DNA of 63,999 nt, counting the filler, from Octopus bimaculoides (lineage: Eukaryota), in the NCBI RefSeq assembly GCF_001194135.2. It is 9 parts of 8 records of this genome, joined end to end, with 100 filler letters (N's around TTAATTAATTAA, not from the genome) between each part and the next. Parts side by side here need not be neighbours in the genome. Positions count along the whole stretch, not along the records: positions 1 to 2,054 come from NC_068988.1; positions 2,155 to 20,761 come from NC_068987.1; 7 more parts are not named here. One strand, 5' to 3'. Under the pieces are notes generated by a model. That model saw nothing but the letters and a program-made list of their open reading frames with translations. It was not told the origin of the DNA and did no database searches. Positions within the stretch are counted from its first letter, which is position 1, and the number at the start of each line of letters is the position of its first letter. Made by a program: the position numbers and the translations under genes. This document shows positions 1-12,512 of the stretch, piece after piece.

Positions 1-64
<64 letters not shown>

Positions 65-167
65 ATGTGTGTCTGTGTGTGTGTGCGTGTGTGTGTGTGT
101 GTGTGTGCGTGCGCATATAAACACATTTAAGTATATGTATGTGTGTGTGCGTATGTGTGTGCGTGTG

Positions 168-212
<45 letters not shown>

Positions 213-584
213 GCACAGGTGAATAGCTAGGCGAAAGAAAATAGACAAAGAGACAGATTGGCGTCTAATTATACACAGAAGATTATACACGCCCATATAT
301 ACACTTGTGTATTAGAAGCTGCATATAAATCTATTTGTGTATATCTATGTGTATAAATTAACTCTATGTGTTTAGTGTAAGTGTCTCCGTGCATCAAATA
401 GGCGTGGAGCCGTCTGTGTGCGTCGGAAGATAGGCTGTGTTCTTGCAGATAATCATAGAAGGAATATGAAGTGGTTAATCCCCTTTAATCTCTCACTTGT
501 AATATGGTAGAGAAGTGATGCTGGCTGCTGGTGTAATACTGATAACTGGATTAAGATTTGCACCATCTCAATAAATATTTTGCT

Positions 585-587
<3 letters not shown>

Positions 588-624
<37 letters not shown>

Positions 625-973
625 GGTTTCCTTCTTCACCAACGTAATGATGGCGATAATGATGATGAGGACGTTGATGATCATTATGGTGGTAGTGGTG
701 GTGGTGGTGGTGGTGTTTTCGGTGGTGGTGGTAGTGGTTTTGACGGTGGTGTAAGTGGTGGTGGCGGTGGTGGTGGTGGTGGTGGTCTTGATACTGATGG
801 TGATGATGGTAGTAGTGATGATGAAGCTGATAATGATGATGATGATGATGATGACGATGATGATAGCGATGATAGTGATGGAGTGATGAAGATGATGTCA
901 ATGATAATGATGAACGTAACAACAACCATAGTAGTAGTAGCAGTAGTAGTAGTTTCAGCAGCAGCAGCAGCAC

Positions 974-1022
<49 letters not shown>

Positions 1023-1023
1023 T
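588..1023. repeat. Compound microsatellite (TC)n-(GAT)n-(GGT)n-(GTA)n
   Basis: Direct reading of consecutive di- and trinucleotide runs; these explain the homopolymeric ORFs here. Confidence 0.95.
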
Positions 1024-1155
1024 TGATACAGTATTTTGCATTCATTTTGAGTCCCTTAGTCTAATGATAATGTAAAAGAACGGCCGAATCGGTCGGTAGA
1101 GCAACAGACGAACATAAAAGATGCTCGGGCGTATTACACGCTTCCCAATATGACA

Positions 1156-1288
1156 GCGAGCTGGCATAACCGTTAGCAGGCTGGATAAAATGCTTAGCGT
1201 CATTTACTTCGTCTTTACGTTCTGAGTCCCAATTCCGCTGAGGTCGACTTTGCGTTCATCCTTCCGAGATCGATAAAATAAGTACATT
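1156..1288 (+). mobile_element. tRNA-derived SINE family A (Deu/Nin-like central domain), 3'-truncated
   Basis: GAGCTGGC..GTTAGC head, B-box-like GAGT(T)C(A)AATTCC, then GAGGTCGACTTTGC.TTCATCCTT.CG.G.TCGATAAAATAAGTAC; this family recurs more than 10 times in the window. Confidence 0.8.
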
Positions 1289-1299
1289 TGGACTGAAAA

Positions 1300-1490
1300 A
1301 TTACAAAACTGGATCTCTTCCTGTTACGGGTTCCAGACGAACCCACCTCACAGCAGGAAGCACAGACGAGGGCAGCAGCATCAAACTGCTTCATTGACCA
1401 AATGCCACATATCAGAGAAGGTTCCAAACATCACCGAGATTGACCATAATAAGGCCGAAACCGCGCAGTCTTGTGGTTTCGGAGCTGGAA
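1300..1490 (+). mobile_element. CR1-type LINE, 3' end of ORF2
   Basis: Translates as KLDLFLLRVPDEPTSQQEAQTRAAASNCFIDQ*, matching the C-terminal PDEP...RAA.SNS motif of invertebrate CR1-group ORF2. Confidence 0.7.
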
Positions 1491-1540
1491 GTGTAGGGAA
1501 TTCTCTCTCCGCACGCAATGTATATCTATATATATATATA

Positions 1541-1660
1541 TGGTCAACAGATGAGATCCTGAGACTCTCGGTGTAGAAAACACTTAGAAGCGCGCAAATG
1601 ATTTGACTCCAATGTCTTTACGAAGGACCAATTCCGTGGGGGTAAAGACTGGCTCTAAGA
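1541..1660 (+). repeat. Unclassified interspersed repeat starting at a TA-rich run (related copies about 36503-36600 and 52313-52430)
   Basis: Shared start (A/G)GTC(A/C)ACAGATG(A/C)GATCC...GC(G/T)CAAA..GATT in three places. Confidence 0.55.
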
Positions 1661-2154
1661 GAATCAAGCCGAGCAGATATGGAGGCAATAATGCGGATAA
1701 GAAGATCAAATATATTAAATATAAAAGTTTAGGTATAAAATACACAATATGTATACAGCAGAACCTCTCAGTACGAGTGCTCCATTGTACGATCAATATG
1801 CTGCAAGAGCCGAGACTCGTGCAAATTTGAATTTTTGTCTTGACTGGAAATCCGCGGAACGAGAATCACAAATCGTCCAATCTTTAAGGTAATATATTGA
1901 TTATCACTTTAAGATGATAATATTGCACTGCTAACGCAAAAAGTAAGACACAATATCAACTTGAAAGCTTTTAGTATACTGCGTAGTGTATTATTGTTGA
2001 AAAAACGAAATTCTGTGTCAATGCTAGTTATCAATATATATATATATATATATANNNNNNNNNNNNNNNNNNNNNNNNNNNNNNNNNNNNNNNNNNNNTT
2101 AATTAATTAANNNNNNNNNNNNNNNNNNNNNNNNNNNNNNNNNNNNNNNNNNNN

Positions 2155-2580
2155 CCTAGCAGCGGGAAATTTAGACAGTGTCACGTGACAACTTGCTGGC
2201 GCAGCCTGCTGGAGCCTAGCAGCAGGTATAAAAAGGGGGACTTGACATGACAATCAGTCGGACGCTGACACTCGTTGATGCTGCATCGAAGAGGCCAGGG
2301 AATAGAAGAAAGAAGACATGCACCCAACACCAGAGCTGAAGACACCTCCGAAAGAGGGGGGGGGAGGCACGTCAAAACGGTAGAGGAGTAGGGGCCGAAA
2401 CCGGACGTGGTTCCTCCTGATAATGTCTTGAGCTAACTGGATCCTATAAAGGAGCTGTTGTGGTAGCAGACCACGAAACATGGTTGAAATTCCTCCAATT
2501 ATACGTACACTACATTTATTTCGAATTATTTCATTGAGCTGAATAATGATCGTAAGACCACTGTCCCATGTCATCGCTCA
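2155..2580 (+). mobile_element. Possible LTR or pseudo-LTR fragment
   Basis: GC-richer island after a gap, with TATAAAAAGGGGG and decayed CTGA..GA/GAAAC-like motifs; termini not demonstrable. Confidence 0.3.
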
Positions 2581-3253
2581 TGGAAAATTGACTAACTCCA
2601 TAACTATATGAGAACTATAGATGTCAAATTTTAAAAGACCTCAGTTCTCTCCCCCACCACACACACATTCCCTCCATGAATTTGAGATCTTGTCCCTTAA
2701 TCTAATCCAGACATTTTTCATTTGCTAATAATATCCGTAAATATCCAGATTGGGGGGATTCCCGAACTTGGTACATTCGACTTAAAAGTGCGGACAACCC
2801 AGACCATTCCGTACTAAGGCTACCCAGCTGTCAGATGGTGGTTCCTCACTAAATGACATTTTAGGCAGTGTCACATGTGTTTATAATGGGCGTGTTTATG
2901 TATTGCATGCATACATACATACATACATACACACGCATACATACATATATGCATATAGATATAGAGATAGATAGATAGATAGATAGGTAGGTAGATATAG
3001 ATACATACATACACTTACAAACGCATATACATACATACGTGCATACATACATGCATACATGCATACATAATGTGTCGAATACATGAATGGTATACGCGTA
3101 GGAATTTTACAATAACGTGTAAATAAATACGCATGTGCATATATGCATATATGTGTATATAGATATATATGTATCTGCATCTATGTATGTGTGTCTATAT
3201 GTAGATGTATACATGTAGGCATGTATGATTGTATGTTTGTATCAACGGATATA

Positions 3254-3294
<41 letters not shown>

Positions 3295-3304
3295 NNNNNN
3301 NNNN

Positions 3305-3348
<44 letters not shown>

Positions 3349-4173
3349 GCTGTTCACACAGTGTACTGCGCTCTGCTGTTAATTAGTCTGTCCAACCCCG
3401 TATAAAGCAGCTCTATGGTCAAAGACATTCCATTTCAGACCATCCAATTTATTAAGACATAATAATGTATCTAGGACCACATTTATTTCAAAGCGTCCTT
3501 TTTGTTATTAAAATAGTAGGGGTATGACTGAACTGCTATTTCTAGCAAGTCGACCGACTACATACAGGCTTCCTCTTTCTCCTGTGCAGCTGTGTTGAGG
3601 TGTTTGTATACCGGGTCAACGAAATACCTTCCTACATTTTAACAATAAACGTACGGTGTATACCAGTTTAAACCCTGGTAGTAACTGAGTCAAGAAAAAA
3701 AAACGGTAAAATATAAGCTATATGACGATACTATTACTACCTGCCAAACCCCACCAGTACCACATTAATAGCCATGTAAAATATGGGAGGTTTTTTCTGC
3801 CGCTACCTGCATAAGTAAATATATTATCAATGTATTTATGTATGGAGAAATCCGCATTAACTTTGAAGTAAGAATGAAAATATGGTATAATCCAAGGGAT
3901 CTACACAAGATGCTGTATTACTTTGGCACTATAGAGCATGGGTTTTTACGAACGACGTGGTATTTGTGGTATTTGAGGTTGATTTAATACTCGGGGTATT
4001 TCCGAGATTCAATACATTTTAAATTAAACTAAATGCTTTGCAAGCTATCAATTTTGATCCAGTGATTCTTCTGCTCTGGCTTTATTTCTATCGAACTTAT
4101 TACAAACTGCATCGTAAATGGCTGTTCAACGTGGATCCAATACTGGAAATGTTTCCCAGATGCAATCTACTCT

Positions 4174-4204
<31 letters not shown>

Positions 4205-4619
4205 ACAACGGTAAATGAAGAGACTTCATTTTTTTTTTCTGCTTTTGTCGAATGCTAAATTAATTAGTAAGACTTGCCTCTTTATAATTTCTATTATGAT
4301 ACACTGAATTATAAATACAGTAAATTGAACTATCTTGTTGTTGTTGTTGTTATCATCATCATTATCATCATTAAGATCGTCTGAACGGATCAGATTATCA
4401 CTAATCCCAGAGTTTTACCCGTTATATAGCGGGTAATTTTGGAAGTATATTTATGTCTGCGCGGGTAATATTAGAAAATATGGCGTACATAACAATAATT
4501 ATAATAGTAATTTCCAAAAGAAAAATACTTATTACCTTAAAATCAAATTTAATTAAGACAAATTTCTCAACTGTGTATTAACAAAAATATGTTATTATTT
4601 CTGTAAATTTCATGATTTT

Positions 4620-5190
4620 TTTATCTTTTACTTGTTTCATTATTGGACTGCGGCCATGCTAAAGTACAACCTTAAAGAGTTTTAGTCCATGTCCGTCGCT
4701 AAGGGGGTGCAATGGACGGCCCTACCCACATTACTATTCAATGGTGCTCCCTCAGATTTACAGTGATACACTTATTTCGAAACACCACTTTAACATTATT
4801 ACAAATTAGAGCCCACGAAGAATATTGTGAAGCAACCCCAGGCACCAAAATCTGGCGACGCCTGTTTCAGTCGAACACATCGACTCCAGGACTCATTTTT
4901 CTTTCAACCTGGTACTTATTCTATCAGTTTCTTTTGTCGAACAGCTAAGTCACGGGGACATAAACGAACCAACACTGGTTATAAAGCAGTAGTAGGGGTG
5001 GGGTGACAAACGCTCGGGCACGCACACACACTTATATACGATGGGCTTCTACACAGTTTCCGTTTGCTAATTCACTCACAAGGCTTGGTGGGTCTGTGGG
5101 CTATTGTAGAAGCCCAAGGTGCCGCGCAGTGGGGACAGAACCCGGAGCCAGGTGGATGCATAGCGAGCTTCTCAACCACACAGCCAGCGC
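4620..5190 (-). mobile_element. SINE family B (tRNA head, internal microsatellite, CAGCATGGCCGCAGTC tail), interrupted by a MITE
   Basis: Reverse complement of the family B layout seen on + at 45438 and 51290. Confidence 0.8.
4688..4864. mobile_element. hAT-type MITE (177 bp) nested in SINE B
   Basis: Imperfect TIRs CATGTCCGTCGCTAAGGGGGTGC / GCACCAAAATCTGGCGACGCCTG; 8-bp TSD TTTTAGTC (4680-4687) / TTTCAGTC (4865-4872). Confidence 0.75.
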
Positions 5191-5974
5191 CTAAGAAAAG
5201 CACCTAGTTAAAGCACTCGCGCGGATCGACCGTGTATCGCAATCTACTTCTCTGCAAAATTTCTTCTTTAAAAAATGTGTGCTCTTTTTAGTAAGTTATA
5301 AAACACTTATCCTGCATCCCAGGTGTTAGCTCTCTGTATCTATCATTTACTCTATACAACGTAAAGCATGACTGGAGAAACAAGCAACGAACCAGTCAAC
5401 CAGTAATTATATCAGTAATCTCTAAAAAAAAAAGATGTTATAGATACCCGTATTTAATAAACTTTTTATTCCCATTTAAACCAAATCGAGACTTTTAAAC
5501 AGGTAAATAATAGTTGGCATGTGCGTGCGTACCTACTTACGCGCGTGCTTGCGTGCATGCTTGCGTGCATGCTTGCGTGCGTGTGTGCGTGCGCGTGTGT
5601 ACACGTTTTACATTAACCTTAAAGTTGTTCAGTAAAACCAAAATATAAAAATCAAGTTATTAAACAGCAGAAAACCCAAATTTACATTATATTACAATAT
5701 TAGGCTTCCGTATGAGAACTTGTACAACTAAGAATACTCTATGCGAGTGTGAATTCGGGTAATGTAGCATTTAAGGCGTGACCCGTGTGTTGGGGTTTCA
5801 GTTGAAAACAAACTCAAGATTTAGGGTAAAGGTCGCTTAATAAATAAATCACTGTTCTCCCTAAATTTTTCACTCCTAAATGTCACCAAAACTCCTGCGC
5901 CTTACGGGTAAATATCGAAGGTTCATTAATCTATTGAATGTATTTTATTAATAACCGGCAGAACTTAGAAAGTA

Positions 5975-6038
5975 ACTCAAGTGACGAGAATCTGGTGCGT
6001 TAGTACAGATTAGCACACGAAACTTTCAGCCCTTGAGT
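5975..6038 (+). ncRNA. Decayed type I hammerhead-like motif
   Basis: Stem I ACTCAAG/CTTGAGT, TGACGA (C3 missing), hairpin AATCTG/CAGATT, GAAAC, and GCC in place of GTC. Confidence 0.35.
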
Positions 6039-7008
6039 CCCTCTGTACCTTCTGCCTTACAGAGGGACAGAGTAAATGCACAAACGAACGCAAAACAGAC
6101 ATAGAAGGTCCCCAGCTCCTCACCAGTTATCAGCCAGAGGATCCAACGCAATTTCGCGCCTTTATATATATATATCGTATCAGGACAATTGCCCTCTAGG
6201 AGGATTACCCCCGCCCCTAGGACAATTACCCCTCTTGGTTAATTACCCCCTTTCCAATATATTAAGAACTTTTAAATCATCATCTGTTGTTCTCGGGGTA
6301 TATNNNNNNNNNNNNNNNNNNNNNNNNNNNNNNNNNNNNNNNNNNNNNNNNNNNNNNNNNNNNNNNNNNNNNNNNNNNNNNNNNNNNNNNNNNNNNNNNN
6401 NNNNNNNNNNNNNNNNNNNNNNNNNNNNNNNNNNNNNNNNNNNNNNNNNNNNNNNNNNNNNNNNNNNNNNNNNNNNNNNNNNNNNNNNNNNNNNNNNNNN
6501 NNNNNNNNNNNNNNNNNNNNNNNNNNNNNNNNNNNNNNNNNNNNNNNNNNNNNNNNNNNNNNNNNNNNNNNNNNNNNNNNNNNNNNNNNNNNNNNNNNNN
6601 NNNNNNNNNNNNNNNNNNNNNNNNNNNNNNNNNNNNNNNNNNNNNNNNNNNNNNNNNNNNNNNNNNNNNNNNNNNNNNNNNNNNNNNNNNNNNNNNNNNN
6701 NNNNNNNNNNNNNNNNNNNNNNNNNNNNNNNNNNNNNNNNNNNNNNNNNNNNNNNNNNNNNNNNNNNNNNNNNNNNNNNNNNNNNNNNNNNNNNNNNNNN
6801 NNNNNNNNNNNNNNNNNNNNNNNNNNNNNNNNNNNNNNNNNNNNNNNNNNNNNNNNNNNNNNNNNNNNNNNNNNNNNNNNNNNNNNNNNNNNNNNNNNNN
6901 NNNNNNNNNNNNNNNNNNNNNNNNNNNNNNNNNNNNNNNNNNNNNNNNNNNNNNNNNNNNNNNNNNNNNNNNNNNNNNNNNNNNNNNNNATATATACACA
7001 TACATACA

Positions 7009-7041
<33 letters not shown>

Positions 7042-7239
7042 GTATATATACACACACACACACACACACATATCAATACGTCCATCTATCCACACACGCA
7101 CACACACACATACGTGTGCGCCCGCGTATGTATGTTGGTTCTTCAAAACTGCAGAGGCAACTATAAAAATAATTCATAAGTTGATAAAGTTTGAAGGTGT
7201 TTAACTTAGGGTCTCCTTATGATATATGCTACAGGCCCC

Positions 7240-7490
7240 GGTGAAGGTGAGTGACTTGGTGGGTAGGGTATTCGGCTCACGGTCTTAAGGTTGTGAGTTC
7301 GATTCTCGGCGGCGCGCTGTGTCCTTGAGCAAGACACTTTATTTCACGTTGCTGCATTTAACTCAGCTGGTAAAATATCACTGAGAGTTACGTCAAGGGT
7401 ACGTGGAGTGTTCGGCCACTTGCAAGTGAATTTAACGAGCAGGCTGTCCCGTTGGAACACTTGTCGTCGTAACTAACGGAGTGCCATAAA
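7240..7490 (+). mobile_element. SINE family D: tRNA head, GTGTCCTTGAGCAAGACACTT (CORE/Meta-like) domain and shared tail
   Basis: A-box/B-box-like TGG..GGTAGGGTATTCGG / GAGTTCGATTC; tail GGCCACTTGCA..GAGCAGGCTGT shared with the copies at 38293 and 45868. Confidence 0.75.
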
Positions 7491-7789
7491 CAAGTCCTGG
7501 TTCGAACTTAACGTGATATTTATACATTGTGTATGTAGGGCAGAGTGGATAGAGTACAAGAAGTTTGTACTTTAGTGGGTGGAGACTTCTACACTCAAGC
7601 TATGGTGCATATGTTGGGATCGAAGTGTACATGACACATGAAACTCATACAGAATGAGGTGCGTGTGTGCGTGGTAACAATACACATATGGATGTATATA
7701 TCAGGTTATGTATGTGTTTGTGTGTGTTTGCGGGCGTGGAGGAGTGTTGGTAGCAATACTTATACAAGCGGTATGATGCAAACATAAGT

Positions 7790-8165
7790 GTTAAGAAACT
7801 CGCGTTGAAACCGCGTGGTTTCGGGTTCAGTTTCTCTACACGGCTCCTGGAACAAGTGTCTTCTACTATATAGCACTGAGCTGACCAATGCCTTTTAAAT
7901 AAATTTGCTGGAAGAAAACTGTGAAAGCCCGTGGCATGTATGTATGTATGTATACATGTATGCGTTTTTGTTTTCCCCCATCCACCGTTTGACAACCGGT
8001 GTTGGGTTGTTTACGTACTCCTGAGTTAGGGGTTCGGCAAAAGACAGCGACAAAGTAAGTACCAGACTTCAAAACAAAAACCGGGTCGACTTATTGAACC
8101 AAACCTTCAATGCGTTGCTACAGCATGGCCGCAGATCAATGGCTAATAAAAGAGAAAAGATAAGC
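7790..8165 (+). mobile_element. SINE family B, diverged
   Basis: CAAGTGTCTTCTACTATA, GGTTCGGCAAAAGA and CAGCATGGCCGCAG motifs in order. Confidence 0.75.
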
Positions 8166-8583
8166 GAGCATGTGCGCTTGCTTGCATGATTGTATGTGCG
8201 TCTGTTTGTGTGTGTATGTGTGTGTGCGCGCGCGCGCACGTGCATGTGTGTGGGATACAGTTTGCTTACGTAAACATTCTATAGATCGCTTGTTATCGTG
8301 TTATATCAAGCCTTGTGATCAAAGGCGCTTGAGTGTTGACCATCCAGTCATTTTGGTATTAGACATAGTATCTCTAAGACTACATTACTCATTATGATCT
8401 TTTTTTATTAAAAAAAAAAAGAAAAGAAAACGACAGAGTCTGATTTGGTTGCCATTTCTAGCTGATCGTACGACAACGTAGGGACACCTTCTTTATTCAT
8501 CATAAGAGTAGCTGTATGAATGCGTGTGCGGAATGTTATATACACATGTGTATGTATGTGCGGCGTGTGTACGTATTTATATG

Positions 8584-8614
<31 letters not shown>

Positions 8615-8799
8615 GCGGCGTGTGTACGTATTATATATGTGTGTGTGTGTGTGTGTGTGTTCATAAAATGTTTAGATACACGAAGGATTGACAATACATA
8701 CACATTTACACATGCATACACACATATACATACACATCTACTTACATTTGTACATATGTATTTATGTACGTATGCGTGTGTGTGTTTGTGTGTGTGTGT

Positions 8800-8837
<38 letters not shown>

Positions 8838-9124
8838 GATGGATCTCTTCTCACAAAGATTCACAGCTCCATCACTAAATCTTCGATGGCAACAAGAATG
8901 TTAGTTACTTGCCGAACTTTAGAAAAGTCTCGCATATTTTTACTGTTCCACTTCCAAATTCTGTCAGTAAATTTCGTGTTAGTTGAACGCTTTGACTGAA
9001 AACTTCTGCATTTCCAGATTGTCGATTAAACATTTATTAATATAACCAAGGGCACCAAGAACGGGGTTTATAATATGGGTAGAAAAAAAAATGAAGGTTT
9101 CGAAGCTGTTATCTTTAATCGTTC

Positions 9125-9330
9125 ATCTGTTTCACTTATTGGACCGCGGCCATGCAGGAGCACTGCCCTGAAGGGATTTAGCCGATCGAATTGACGTTGG
9201 TACTTTTTGTTAAAGCCTGGTACATGTTCTACCAGTCTCTTATCCCAAACTGCTACGTTACAGGGATGTAAACAGACCAATACTGGTTGTCAAGCAGGGA
9301 AGGGGGATAAACACATAGAAAATGACGCAC
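9125..9330 (-). mobile_element. SINE family B, 3' half
   Basis: Reverse complement of the family B tail (CTGCATGGCCGCGGTCC on the minus strand). Confidence 0.65.
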
Positions 9331-9336
9331 ACACGA

Positions 9337-9387
<51 letters not shown>

Positions 9388-9819
9388 NNNNNNNNNNNNN
9401 NNNNNNNNNNNNNNNNNNNNNNNNNNNNNNNNNNNNNNNNNNNNNNNNNNNNNNNNNNNNNNNNNNNNNNNNNNNNNNNNNNNNNNNNNNNNNNNNNNNN
9501 NNNNNNNNNNNNNNNNNNNNNNNNNNNNNNNNNNNNNNNNNNNNNNNNNNNNNNNNNNNNNNNNNNNNNNNNNNNNNNNNNNNNNNNNNNNNNNNNNNNN
9601 NNNNNNNNNNNNNNNNNNNNNNNNNNNNNNNNNNNNNNNNNNNAGTCAGGAGGGAAAGACAGTGCCCATGACCTGTTACAGAGCCTCTGAAAACTGGTTG
9701 GTAAGATATCATCAAATCGGGAACCCAGCGCGAACGCTTGCAAAAGAGTGAACCTTGCTAAAGGTATACAAGGTATCAGGTGGTGGTGTTAAATGTGACG
9801 ACAGGTTAACTAGGTAGGC

Positions 9820-10092
9820 CAGGAGTTTTCAAACAGTGGTCCCCGGACCACAAGGGGTCCGCAAGGACAAGACAGGGGGTCCGTGGACAGCAAATACATT
9901 TTATGGGCAATTTGATTTTATATATGTTTTTTAATCGAAATCTTTTAATTGACAATAAACCTATTTGTTAAATACTGTTAAATAAATAAATGTAAAAATA
10001 TGATATTTTGAGGAAATATTTATGTATAAATTTCATAAGGTAAAGCCTGAAATATAAAAGGGTCCGCAAGTCAAAAAATTTGAAAACCCCTG
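9820..10092. mobile_element. hAT-type MITE (273 bp)
   Basis: TIRs CAGGAGTTTTCAAA / TTTGAAAACCCCTG; perfect 8-bp TSD AGGTAGGC at 9812-9819 and 10093-10100. Confidence 0.9.
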
Positions 10093-10875
10093 AGGTAGGC
10101 CATGGTAGGGTTTGAATTCAGAATGCAAGGAGGCGGAACAAATACTGCAAGATATCTGGTCTGATGTTCTTATAGGTCCAACAACCCACCGTTTTGGGTT
10201 AATCTTTAAATTTTTATCATTTTTTTATCGACCCCGAAAGGCTGAAAGGCAAAGCTGATTTCGAAGCGGTTTGAATTCAGAACCTAATCCGAGCATGACC
10301 CTAAGGACTGGACTATTTCGCTGCTTACTTTCCTCATTGAGTCTCAAGGATATGGTAACACCTCTAGGGCTGGACAAAGCAGCTGACCACAACATTTTTC
10401 TCTTTGTCCCAACAACACAATATCAGGACTATAAAGTTTGCACTTGGCACAAGTTTAGATGGTAATGTTGTACCAATGTTCCTTGTATTGATCAGTAAGA
10501 CGTTTATTTATTCCAGAAGAGGAGCCACGGTCTGTGGCATGTGTGTTATTAGAAGAACCGAGTTATTTGTTGATCTTGGTGACGGTACTGTTGATATTTA
10601 AAGGAAAGAAAGACAATGAGATAAACAGGGAGTGAGTAAAAGAGAGTTAGAAAAAAGTAGAGCAAGAAAGAGAGAAAGAGATATAGACAGAGACGGGTGT
10701 GTGTGCGCGCGTCATACACATACAGGTTATAAAACAAAAAAACGGGACATAGGTTTCAATGTTGCTTATTCAAACCATTATACGCAAAAACGTATTCATA
10801 CATATACGTAAATGAATGTGTGTACACACACACACACACAAATATAGATGTATGTATATATGTATGTATGTTTAT

Positions 10876-10988
10876 CGTGTCTTTACATTCTGAGTTTAAA
10901 TTCCGCCGAGGTCGACTTTGCCGTTCATCCTTTCGGAGTCGATAAATTAAGTACCAGTTGTGTACTGGTGTCGATCTAATCGACTGGC
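10876..10988 (+). mobile_element. SINE family A, partial, runs into a gap
   Basis: TTCTGAGTTTAAATTCCGCCGAGGTCGACTTTGCC..TCGATAAATTAAGTACCAG. Confidence 0.8.
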
Positions 10989-11477
10989 NNNNNNNNNNNN
11001 NNNNNNNNNNNNNNNNNNNNNNNNNNNNNNNNNNNNNNNNNNNNNNNNNNNNNNNNNNNNNNNNNNNNNNNNNNNNNNNNNNNNNNNNNNNNNNNNNNNN
11101 NNNNNNNNNNNNNNNNNNNNNNNNNNNNNNNNNNNNNNNNNNNNNNNNNNNNNNNNNNNNNNNNNNNNNNNNNNNNNNNNNNNNNNNNNNNNNNNNNNNN
11201 NNNNNNNNNNNNNNNNNNNNNNNNNNNNNNNNNNNNNNNNNNNNNNNNNNNNNNNNNNNNNNNNNNNNNNNNNNNNNNNNNNNNNNNNNNNNNNNNNNNN
11301 NNNNNNNNNNNNNNNNNNNNNNNNNNNNNNNNNNNNNNNNNNNNNNNNNNNNNNNNNNNNNNNNNNNNNNNNNNNNNNNNNNNNNNNNNNNNNNNNNNNN
11401 NNNNNNNNNNNNNNNNNNNNNNNNNNNNNNNNNNNNNNNNNNNNNNNNNNNNNNNNNNNNNNNNNNNNNNNNNNNNN

Positions 11478-11522
<45 letters not shown>

Positions 11523-11769
11523 TCATATGTGTGGGTGTATGTATGTATGTTTGTATACTAAGTTATACATGAAAGCAATTATCAAAATAACTTACCAAAG
11601 ATACTAAAATCAAAGCTGACATTCTCCATTTCCTTAGTAAAGCTGGGTATTAAGGTAAGAAATCCCATTCATTCGGGGTTAAGGTGCGAAAACAGTGAGA
11701 AGCCGATGGTAAAATGTGCACCGCCGTCCAGTCAGGGTGGCGAGACTGTGTGTGATGGCTGGCGTAGTG

Positions 11770-12245
11770 TTGTTATGTATACGGATGTATGTGTGGGAGA
11801 GAGTGAGAGAGAAAGGCTGATGGTAGTATAGCATTATTGCTCGATGTGTGTGTGTGAACTGTTGTTATGTAAATGGAGGTGTGTGAGAGTGAGAAAGAGA
11901 AAGAAAGGGTGATGGTAGTGTTGCATTATTGTTCTGTATGTGTGCGTGAACTGTTATGCGTATGGGTGTGTGTCTAGGAGAGAAAGAAAGAGAGAGAGAG
12001 ATAAAAAGAGAAAGAAAGGATGATCGCAGCATTAAATTATGGTTCTGTGCGCGCGCGTGTGTATATATGTGTGTGGTGTTATTTTGTGTGTAGAGGTGTG
12101 TAGGGGAAAGAGAGAGAGAGAGAGAGCAAGAAAGGGTGATCGCAGCATTACAGTGTGGTTCTGTATGTGTGTGTAGTGGTATTATGTATGTGGTTGCATG
12201 TGTGGGAGAGAGAAAGGGTGATCGTAGCCTGGCATTGCGTGTGTG
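11770..12245. repeat. Degenerate minisatellite, about 5 units of roughly 90-110 bp
   Basis: Recurring GAAAGG(G/C)TGAT(G/C)G(T/C)AG..CATT anchor between GA and GT microsatellite segments. Confidence 0.65.
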
Positions 12246-12481
12246 TATGCCATAGATGGAGAGTGTGTGTGAACGACGGCAACTTCGTGTCTAATATGTA
12301 TAAGTGTATAAATGATGGTAACATTGTGTATCGTATATATGTGTGTATGAATGAGTGCTCCGTACTATGGGATATGTGTATGCATAAATGTGTGTGTGAG
12401 TGTGCGATTGACGGCAGCCTTGTATCATCATATGAATGAGAAGGACAACAACGTTGTATCAAGTATGTGTGTATGCATAAA

Positions 12482-12512
<31 letters not shown>

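Noticed and set aside
580-1045. Gly/Asp/His/Val-rich ORFs
   Set aside because: They are translations of trinucleotide microsatellites with no domain or splice support.
2099-2110. TTAATTAATTAA islands inside N runs (also about 20806, 23014, 28319, 42385, 45015, 59981 and 62892)
   Set aside because: An identical 12-mer with stops in all six frames, always embedded in Ns, is an artificial scaffold-join spacer, not a biological repeat or CRISPR array.
7255-7310. tRNA-like sequences as tRNA genes (also about 38550-38620)
   Set aside because: They continue directly into SINE bodies and lack a complete cloverleaf; they are SINE heads.
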